Source of the DNA: Octopus bimaculoides
Lineage: Eukaryota
Direction: 5' to 3'
DNA length: 64,000 nucleotides
Assembly: GCF_001194135.2 (NCBI RefSeq)
Contig: NC_068982.1
Span: 160,895,561 to 160,959,560 of the forward strand
Shown here: positions 54,684 to 64,000 of the stretch, piece after piece
Layout: the number at the start of each line of letters is the position of its first letter
How positions within the stretch are numbered: the stretch's first letter is position 1
Made by a program: the position numbers and the translations under genes
Notes under the pieces: model-generated
Told to the model about the DNA's origin: nothing
Seen by the model: only the letters and a program-made list of their open reading frames with translations
Database searches by the model: none

Positions 54684-55260
54684 AGGAAAGGCGCAAAAAA
54701 CATCATTACCAGTGGAAGGCAATAGCAGCAATTAAGTTCATGAAAGAAGGAGGGAAACCAGTAAAGTCAGCAAAAACAATACATAGCTTGCTGCATGGAT
54801 CTTACTCATGGGATATGAAAGTGGACTTAGAGGAGAGATTGTAATTTCCTCAAGTTAGCCATACAACCCTGAGGCTAGATGTGGTCTTTTGGTCTGAAAA
54901 GGCCAAAAGAATTATCGTAATTGAACTCACAGTCCCGTGGGAAGAGAGGTGTGATGAGGCCCATGAACGGACGCGTGCCAGATATAAGAGCCTTCTGCAG
55001 AATTGCAGGATTCTCTGGTCAGTCGGGATGGAGGTTGCTTACAACAATTGGAATGAGAGGTAAGGAGCGAAGGGTGGCTGTGCGCAGAATGGAAAAGGCA
55101 GCTGAAAGAACCTCTTGTTGGCTTTGTATTAAGCGAGAAGCCAAAAGGAGATGAGGAGGTGTTACGGTTCGGAGTCGAAACACTCGATGAGTGTTGGATA
55201 CCGTCTGACGACATCAGTTTCTCCTGGCCAAGGCCCCATTCACTTTGGTGAATGGAAAAA
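54684..55260 (+). mobile_element. HERO/NeSL-type RLE non-LTR retrotransposon 3' fragment
   Basis: WDMKVDL...TTLRLDVVFWSEKAKRIIVIELTVPWEERCDEAHER..ARY and AAERTSCWLCIKRE, typical of the HERO C-terminus. Confidence 0.8.
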
Positions 55261-55865
55261 TCACCTCCTTATAGGTGTTATTAGCATGTATATATATATA
55301 TATACATAATTCACAAATGTTGATAATTTTTCATGGATTTATGGGGGATCGAAACCATAAATTCTGTTTAGTTTGCAGTACAGTTTACAGTTGTGTAATT
55401 GCCCTTTCATTGAGTGCTCCTTGGCATGCAAACTTATTTAATTAAATCACATTCAGACGGCTAAGAGATTTAACAACAGCAGGAAATTAAACTGAAGAGG
55501 TGAAAGCTTGTTACCAAATATAATTCATATTTAATTAAAATATTGATTTCTAACAGGCAAAAGTTCACAAAGGTTTGAAGGGGCGAGCACAGTGAATAAA
55601 ATTGAACACAGTACTTAAGTGGCATTTATTTAATCGATCAAATGATGCGTAAAGAATGCAGTCGCTCTCATTGCGATTTTAGTTTATAACTTAGAAGTAC
55701 ATAATTGAAAACTGCAGGGTACCGGCCTAATTGAAAATATATTTCTTGCTAAATGAGAAAGAAATAAACAGTAATGTGAAAGTTATGTTTATGAATTTAA
55801 ATGTGTATTTGCCCCATTTCCAGCCCTTTCATCACTTCATGAAAGAAATTATATTTTTACTCTCT

Positions 55866-55922
<57 letters not shown>

Positions 55923-56199
55923 AAGAGAGAAAGAAAGAGAGAGATAAAGTAAGAGAGAGAGAGAAGGAAAGAGAGAGATAAAGTAAGAGAGAGAGAGAAG
56001 GAAAGAGAGAGAGAAAGAAAGAGAGAGAGAGAGTTTATAATTTGTTTACGTAAACAAATTCTGATAAGAAACATAATTTGCTAATTTGTGATCTTAAGAA
56101 TTTTGTATCATGAAAACACGCATCAAAATATCGATCTCTAATATTGACACAAAGGCAATGGACTTGCATAAATCATTGTCGTAATTAATTTCTGATTTA

Positions 56200-56290
56200 C
56201 TACCCAGAGTTCAAATCCGCCACAGTCGACTTACTTTTTATGCTATCTTTGGTGGGGTGGGGTCGATTTAATAGGTATCAGTCTACCGTA
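56200..56290 (+). mobile_element. SINE family B fragment
   Basis: cagagttcaaatccgccacagtcgactt. Confidence 0.45.
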
Positions 56291-57250
56291 TACTCAGCTG
56301 TTGTCGGTATATTCGATTATGGATGATATATTCGACTATAGTCGTTATATTCGACTATAATCGTTATATTCGATGATACCTTCACTCAGAATTGGTGACT
56401 TTGTGTCTCTGTTAGACATTTATATGTTATATAGTTATGAAAAGTTTGCCTGGCAGCCACGTATATCTCTGAGTTGCATCTCACTACGTAACGCCTTGGA
56501 TAAATATCTTCTACTATAACTACGACTCGACTGATGCCTGGTAAACTAAATTTGGTGGGCGAAAATTGTTTGTGCGTCGTAAATTTATTCAACAAATAAG
56601 GTGTGATAAGATAAATACTTGACTTAAAAATAAATAGTGGCACTGATATGATCAATTAAACAATGATAGTGGTGGCCCAAAATGACCACAGGTCAATAAC
56701 TGAAACAACTAAAAGAATAAAAGAAGACTGTATATAAATAATTTCTCCCACAGTTTTCAAATACATCAAGTTCGATTATAAATATTTTATAGTAGAGTCC
56801 CTAAATTGATCGGGGTACTAAGTTCAGAACGAAGCATTCTATATTCGAATATTGCATGTGATGTAGATCAGCCTCATAGAGGTTAAGCTCATTTCATGAA
56901 GTCATCGATCTATTACTATTAGGTATTAGATGTTTGTCGCTGCGCAGAGGAGATCGTAAAATGTAGTACCTTGCTGAACCTTTTTTTTCTGTTGGGTAGA
57001 GTGAGTTGTCTGTCATTTAAGTTTCTTGACCAAGGATCAAGGTATCATACTAGTGACATACAACCGATACACCTCTTGATTGTTTGTCAGCATATCTTTT
57101 TACTTTGCTTTTCGCGCTAATGTTATGTCGATCAAAGATTAATACAGATGTTGTTCATATAAAAGGTATTACAATATAGGTCTGGGGGTACATATATTCT
57201 ATTATTCTATTATCGATTTCAGACAGAGGTTGTAACCATACTGGAACACC

Positions 57251-57297
<47 letters not shown>

Positions 57298-57610
57298 ACC
57301 CCTAGGGGTCAGCCACACTTAAGTGGCAATATACTACACTTTATATATATATATATATATATNNNNNNNNNNNNNNNNNNNNNNNNNNNNNNNNNNNNNN
57401 NNNNNNNNNNNNNNNNNNNNNNNNNNNNNNNNNNNNNNNNNNNNNNNNNNNNNNNNNNNNNNNNNNNNNNNNNNNNNNNNNNNNNNNNNNNNNNNNNNNN
57501 NNNNNNNNNNNNNNNNNNNNNNNNNNNNNNNNNNNNNNNNNNNNNNNNNNNNNNNNNNNNNNNNNNNNNNNNNNNNNNNNNNNNNNNNNNNNNNNNNNNN
57601 NNNNNNNNNN

Positions 57611-57645
<35 letters not shown>

Positions 57646-57649
57646 TCAG

Positions 57650-59400
57650 TAGGGTCACACTGTCCCACTGAAAGATTCCTCTCTTAGTACTTGCTTCCCT
57701 GCTATCAATTCTGTTCTCCAGCATTTCATGCTATTCCATATAAGGTTTCTCATATTCTCTGCTACTCCATCCATTTCCATTATTCTTATTATCCAGGATT
57801 GTGGTAGTATATTGTATGCCATGCTCAAGCTTGCCATGCCATGCTCAAGCTTGTAAGTCTTCTCTTGCAGTTCCTGATAATTAGATTATTATTCAAGAAC
57901 TGAACCATCCCTCCCCGGCTCCTTTTTCGGCACCCTTTCTGTTCAAAGGGTAGCAGCCCACTTTTTTCCAAGTCTCTGTATAGTTCACCGGCCAAAGCAC
58001 CTGACATTAGTTTCCACGTTAGCGGAAGGCATGTTATTGGTCTAAAGTTGGATGCAACATTTCCATTTTCAGGATCCTTGACACGTAACAATATCTTCTC
58101 CTTTGTCATTCAGCAAATACTCATCTAGCTGTTGTGCTATACTTTGAAGAATCCCTCTCAGCTTCTTCATCCAATAACCTTACACCCTATCCGGTCCTGG
58201 GCTCTTCCAATTTTGGAATTTCCTTAAATGCTCTTTTATAATTTCTGTAGTTATCTTTGTCTTCTTGGACTTCTATATTTCTTAATCTATCTTGGATTTT
58301 ATGCAACCACTCCACTTCATCATTATGTTCTACAGGTTGGTCCCAGATTCCTCTCCAGAATGCCTTGCTTTCCTTCGCATCTGGTATCATTGTTACGTGT
58401 ATTTGCCCATCTAGTTCCTGAAACAGTTTCTTCTGATTTGCTTCAAACAATGTTTTGCCTGAACTGTCTTTTTCTGTTGGCATATCTTTCCAGTTTTGCT
58501 TTGATTGCTACTACTCTTTGTTTCAATTCTTCCAATGTCACATCATAACCTTTATCTCTTATTCCATATGTTCTTTTAAGTTTTATTCATATATCTTTGT
58601 TCTGCAATTCCCCGCTTCTCAATCTATCAACTTGTCCTAAATGTCTTTTTAACTTTCTTTGTTTCTCACAAATTCGTCTACGCCAGTATGGTTCTTTACA
58701 TTCTCTTTGTTCTTTTGTTTTATATCCAACTCTATCTGCAGCAACCAAATAATCTTGTTAGTTTCAGTTATATTTCTCGTCTGGAATAGCCCGAGAACTG
58801 AATCTATCTTTTTGGTTTCAAATTTGATCTTGCGTCGATCAATGTACCTCAGGTACTTGATTCTGATCTTCTCGAATATATCGGCGCAGCGTCCTCACTA
58901 TATCTTGTTAGTCATCATCGTATTCTTTTGATATAGATCTTCCTATTATTTCTGCTTCATTTGCTGAGAATGCATTTACATTTACACTTTGCTCTACTTC
59001 TTCACTGTCGCCTTTCATTTTTTTCTGCTTTCACTGGGCACGTTATCTGTTGGTGAAGTATTATTTCTATCTTCTACTTTCCTTTTTATTTTTTCTATTT
59101 CCATGTCTGTTAACCACCCTTTTGATCTTATTGCTCTTGCCTGGTCGGCTAACTGTTCCTCACTTGTTTCGAAGAGTCCTAACTCATTCCATCTTGCTTT
59201 TATTCGTTGTCAGAATCCCCTTCTACTGGGTTCACTTCTGATCCAGCATTCAATTACTGTTCGGTTTGCCTACTTATCTCACCTTCCTCTCTGCATCTGG
59301 CTTTGTGTACAAGCAGTCTCTGGGTGACAACAGGGCCTGCGCTTCTCAGCCACAGGGTACCTGCTGGGTGAAAGGCTTTCACCTTTGGTTCCAGCCTCAT
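57650..59400 (-). mobile_element. R4/Dong-like non-LTR retrotransposon, 5' half (N-terminal region + RT N-terminus), decayed
   Basis: PGPDRV*GYWMKK; NFRPITCLPLTWKL; EQKGCRK; SLSMAW; YNILPQSWI; GIFQWDSV (GIFQGDSLSP-like); truncated at (CT)n. Confidence 0.9.
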
Positions 59401-59454
59401 TAACACCATTATTTGATACATTTGTATTAGACATTTTCACTTAACATTAAGGTA

Positions 59455-59511
59455 TAGTAGTAGTACTAGTATTAGTAGTACTAGTAGTAGTAGTAGTAGT
59501 AGTAGTAGTAG

Positions 59512-59551
<40 letters not shown>

Positions 59552-59591
59552 GGTAGTAGTAGTAGTAGTAGTAGNNNNNNNNNNAGTAGTG

Positions 59592-59676
<85 letters not shown>

Positions 59677-59700
59677 CATTAGCAGTAATAGTGCTATTAG
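59455..59700 (+). repeat. (TAG)n/(CAG)n compound array
   Basis: Directly visible. Confidence 0.95.
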
Positions 59701-59949
59701 TATTAACATTCGTTTTAGCCGTACTCCAACCTTCCTCGTAAGCGAGGATATTCGTATCCTGGTTTATGCTGGCTACAGTGTTAGGGTTACGGGTGTGGTA
59801 TATGCTAGCACGGTCCGTGTTAGTGTTGTCATTGCAGTGACCTATGTTATGATTATATATATTTTGACTGTTCTGCCTATAGGCGTTATTCAGGTAAAAG
59901 GAATTAAGCTTACGCTTATTAGATGAGGTAACAATAGATTTTATATTGG

Positions 59950-60400
59950 GCAGAGAGAAGTAGGATAATTTCAGAGTAGATCTGCTGAAGATTGAATGGT
60001 ATTTACGTTGACGTGGGAAGTCAGAGTCTACTATTGTAAAAAAAAGGTTTTGGTTAAGTCCTTAACGCTTAAAGTGAATGATGATGGCTAAACTAGAGAA
60101 TCGATCTTCCCCCAGTTTTATTAGACAATATAGTGGAAGTATAATCTATATTATTTGTTAGAGGAGAGTTGCAGGTCTCATTGTTGTTTATCAGTTTGAG
60201 TTTCGATCGAGTGATATATGGGTGAGCGCAAGGTGGTCGAGAGTGTCGCACTTGAGGTTCTTCTAGGTTTGTAGCGGGGGTCTTAGTGCGTCTACATAAA
60301 GTGGGAGAGTTTGTGTGTCCAGTAGGGGAGCAACTCCTCGCCCGGAGACTGAGATTAGAGATATGTTTTCTAATCCTAGTGTTTGTTATGAATTTACTTT
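59950..60400 (-). mobile_element. Possible highly decayed LINE RT C-terminal fragment
   Basis: LDHLALTHI and DYTSTIL loosely match LDxxLxxxxHI and L.YxSxV. Confidence 0.22.
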
Positions 60401-60777
60401 GCTGAGAGAAGTTACTAGCAGCTAGTGCCAGGTTATAGTATACACTGTGGCTTCCTTTTCAGTTTTTAATTTGTGTGGTGTGCGCCGAACAGCAATAATC
60501 CGATGAATAACGTATTCATTCTTCATATTTTTTGGCAGATTTGAACGTCAGTATCTGATCGCTGTTATACTCAATGAAACCGAAAATTTGCACATGTATT
60601 TCGACGTTTCTGGAAGGGCTCCAGGTGGTAACCTAGGAACAGTAATCTATCATTGTTGATGGTTTTTTGTTTTTGGTTTGTTGTTTTGTTATATTTAATT
60701 TTAAGGGCTGCTACCACATGTGTAGCATCTCTGCTTTATATGCTGAACGATTAACTGTAAAGTCTTTTGCTCATTAC

Positions 60778-60925
60778 CTGTTACAAGTTACAGTTCGAAA
60801 ATCGCTTTGTAGTCTTGTGGAGGATGTCACTCGGACTTGTATATGCACGGAAATCCCATCCGACGGCATGTCTCCAAAATTGATGTCAACATTGACAACT
60901 TGCCCACGTTGTGTTATAAAAGTGA
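60778..60925 (-). other. Candidate 148-nt coding exon (phase 1-2), unknown protein
   Basis: Acceptor ttttgttccttgacttgtag, donor CAG|gtaatg; open frame TFITQRGQVVNVDINFGDMPSDGISVHIQVRVTSSTRLQSDFRTVTCN. Confidence 0.35.
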
Positions 60926-61384
60926 CTACAAGTCAAGGAACAAAATCGTTATCAATATTTTTTACAGTGTCTTTCGTCTTTCTTCATCTCAAATACTATG
61001 AAACTATGAGTCGGTGTGTAATGCACTGGCTTTGTCTCCTCAGTTTTAAGACTAAAACATATAGCATCATACGCTTTCCCTTGCTCGTTGTCGATTTAAA
61101 TCCAAGTACTTCTAGTTATGCTTTAGATGACATACGGACAACCTGTGTAGCAGTAGCAATGCGCAGGTAATTTACCTTCCTTCCTTCGCGTGCCTATGCG
61201 ATAGCTTCAGATTAAAAAGCATCCCTTTTCATCACATAATGCTGTCCTGCAGTTTTTCTTTCGTGTAATCATCCAAACCTCGCCTGTTGAAAGTTTGAAA
61301 AAAAAAAAGAAAATGATTCTCCACTTAAATATCTATCGTTGAGAAATACAGACTTATTTTCATTTGGCAAACTTTGTGGGTGGA

Positions 61385-61480
<96 letters not shown>

Positions 61481-61569
61481 TGTATCTCATTTTACTAGTT
61501 ATTTATTTTTTCATGTGTAACACTATGACCATTACTATCCTCCACAAGTATGACAATAGTTTCCCTTTC

Positions 61570-61795
61570 CAAGGCGGTGACCTGGTAGAAACTTTAGCAC
61601 GTCGGGCGAAATGCATAGCGGTATTTCGTCTGCCTTTACGTTCTGAGTTCAAATTCCGCTGAGTAAACTTTGCATTTCACCCTTTCTCGGTTGAAACATT
61701 AAGTACCAGTTGCGTACTGGAGTCGCTTTAATAGACTGGTCCCTTCCCCACAAAACATTTCGAGCCTTATGCCTAGAGTAGTAAAGAATATTTTC
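61570..61795 (+). mobile_element. tRNA-derived SINE family B, near full length
   Basis: aaggcggtgacctggtagaaactttagcacg head, B-box gagttcaaattcc, tail gccttatgcctagagtag. Confidence 0.85.
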
Positions 61796-62127
61796 CCTTT
61801 CCAAAGTACATGCAAAATTGTTTCTTTGTATGTTTAAATTAAGGTGCAACCTGTTCACCTTGAGTATGTTTGCCTTGGTGGACGTAACGTTCCACTAATT
61901 TAAGCTTGTATGTAAACAAGATGGGAAAAAAAAGATGAGTAAACAGCATACTTTTTTCGCCTCGTCCCAGTCTAAGCAGACTCACCAATGTTTAAGTAAT
62001 TCCTGCATGAATATAATCCAAATCATCATTCTTTCAGGCAAATTAAATTTGCTAGAATCCAGCAGCGACGAACGATATCAAAAACACTTTGGAAGAAGCC
62101 AACAGTGAACAACAACAAAAACAACAA

Positions 62128-62204
62128 TGAAGAAGAAGAAGAAGAAGAAGAAGAAGAAGAAGAAGAAGAAGAAGAAGAAGAAGAAGAAGAAGAAGAAGAA
62201 GAAG

Positions 62205-62235
<31 letters not shown>
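62128..62235 (+). repeat. (GAA)n microsatellite
   Basis: Directly visible. Confidence 0.97.
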
Positions 62236-62721
62236 CTTACGGATATTTAATTATTGAAGAGTCTAATCATTAAATTAAAAATATTTTTATACAAAATGTA
62301 CAATAATTTCTGAAAAGCTTCAAAGTTGCCATCAAATTCAAATAATTCTATATCAGCACACACATCATTACAACCATTATACAGTATTTTTACCTCAAAA
62401 CTAATTTCATTGAAAATGCCATTGATATTTAATTTCCATTTAAGATCTATGTTAGTTTGTAGTTTTCTTTAAGATTCTCTATTTAACTATGAAATCTTTA
62501 GTAAGTAGATTTATTTCAAAGCAAAATGATGATATTATAAACATTTTGGTATTATATCACATTCACTCTAGATATATATTCAACCTCAAACAAAACTTTA
62601 TTTCATGAGAGTAAAAGAGAGTAAAACACGTGACTCATACGATCGGGCTCATCAATTAATATATCGTCAATGACGATGCTCTGTGTTTCGCATTTTTTAA
62701 AGAATAATATAAACACATTCT

Positions 62722-63093
62722 TTTACTTGTTTCAATCATTTCACTGCGGCCATGCTGGAGCACCGCCTTTGGTCGAATCAAATCGACCCCAGGATTTATT
62801 CTTTGTAAGCCTAGTACTTATTCTATCGGTCTCTTATTGCCGAACCGCAATAACATCGGTTGTCAAGCGATGTTGGGGGGACAAACATAGATACACAACA
62901 TATACACACATACATATATATACATATATACGACAGGCTTCTTTCAGTTTCCGTCTACCAAATCGACTCACAAGGCTTTGGTCGGCCCGAGGCTATAGTA
63001 GAAGACACTTGCCTAAGGTGCCACGCAGTGGGACTGAACTCGGAACCATGTGGTTCGTAAGCAAGCTACTTACCACACAGCCACTCCTGCGCC
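62722..63093 (-). mobile_element. SINE family A, near full length
   Basis: rc of the family consensus. Confidence 0.93.
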
Positions 63094-63244
63094 TATATGA
63101 TAATTTATTAAGCCCAAGGGGAAAAGAATGCTGTGAATGGAGTAAGAGTGGTTTGTTAGTATTAGATCGAAGGTCGTTTTATTCTGTCTTGTTGGTTCGA
63201 GCACTAGTTGTGTCAGGAAAAATTCGTTCATTTAATTAAAGCGT

Positions 63245-63515
63245 AATTCTTAGTGCAGTTGCCTAACTTCAGAGTATTTGTGGGCCAGCTTATATAAGGC
63301 AGGTTAAAAATCACCCACAACCAGTATGTTTCCGAAGTTGTATTCGTGAAGGAAGGATTTGATTTTGTTGAGATATTCTTCAAAGCACTTTAGAGGTGCT
63401 TGAGGAAGCTTGTAGAGACCAACAATGGTTATGTTTTTGGCCTTGTTGAATAATGATATGGATTCAAAATAACCATTGGAAAACATGTCCTTGGCATCAA
63501 CTGCAAAGGAGTCAT
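63245..63515 (-). mobile_element. LINE apurinic-like endonuclease fragment (CR1/Jockey-type)
   Basis: ITIVGLYKLPQ...NILVVGDFNLPYISW matches YRPP and GDFN motifs. Confidence 0.75.
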
Positions 63516-63669
63516 AGAGAAAGATGGGTATTCCTCCTTTATTTTGGTCTGTGCAATCTGCTCACACACACATATATTATTTATTTTATATTATATATAT
63601 ACATACACACACACATACACACACACACATACACACACATTTTTTATATTATATATATATATATACACA

Positions 63670-63892
63670 CACATACCGAAGTTCAGAAATAGCAGCTAAA
63701 AAAGCTGAGACTCCAACAGATAGCATTACTTGTAACTCACAAAAAAAAACAATGAAAACTAACCATTCCGAAGTTCGGAATGGTTAGTTTTCATTGTTTT
63801 TTTCTTCTTGTTTTTGCCTTTGTGAGTTACAAGTAATGCTATCTGTTGGAGTCTCAGCTTTTTTAGCTGCTATTTCTGAACTTCGGTATGTG
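63670..63892. repeat. Long foldback palindrome with a 1-nt centre
   Basis: Arms pair around G63773; the right arm has about 16 extra nt in the A/T tract. Confidence 0.92.
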
Positions 63893-64000
63893 GTGAAGCA
63901 AATATTTGCTGATCCCTTAATTATGTTTATAAATGTATATGAACTTTTAAATAAGTTCTCCACCGATAATGGTGCTTACATACCGAAGGGCTTGGTAAAA

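Noticed and set aside
56325-56385. Three 19-bp tandem units containing the palindrome cgactatagtcg
   Set aside because: Too short, with no spacers; ordinary minisatellite rather than CRISPR-like
60595-60640. Minus-strand tgga/tcca stem followed by GAAACGTC
   Set aside because: No upstream CUGANGA core; at most a decayed remnant
60667-61170. 167-aa plus-strand ORF
   Set aside because: No recognisable motif; overlaps a better splice-bounded candidate on the minus strand

Overview
AT-rich, microsatellite-dense eukaryotic genomic DNA with many assembly gaps. The SINE families and repeat style suggest an octopus draft genome (inference, not verified). I recognise no complete host protein-coding gene; only a few candidate spliced exons of unknown identity. 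Almost everything recognisable is mobile DNA. It includes three different Penelope-like element (PLE) lineages, several restriction-like-endonuclease non-LTR retrotransposons (R4/Dong-like, HERO-like), decayed CR1-type LINE pieces, two mariner/Tc1 fragments, a non-autonomous Helitron, a Helentron-type HINE, a TTAA MITE, many tRNA-derived SINEs and two long hairpins. The most interesting observation is at 39.7-40.0 kb: a tRNA(Arg)-like Pol III head is joined to a minimal type-I hammerhead ribozyme. The ribozyme's 3' tail is 58/61 identical to an inverted segment at the 5' end of the Poseidon-type PLE at 19.3-21.6 kb, and re-inverting that segment restores the PLE reading frame. This points to a tRNA-headed, ribozyme-carrying SINE or pseudo-LTR partnered with a Penelope element. 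All alignments were done by eye.
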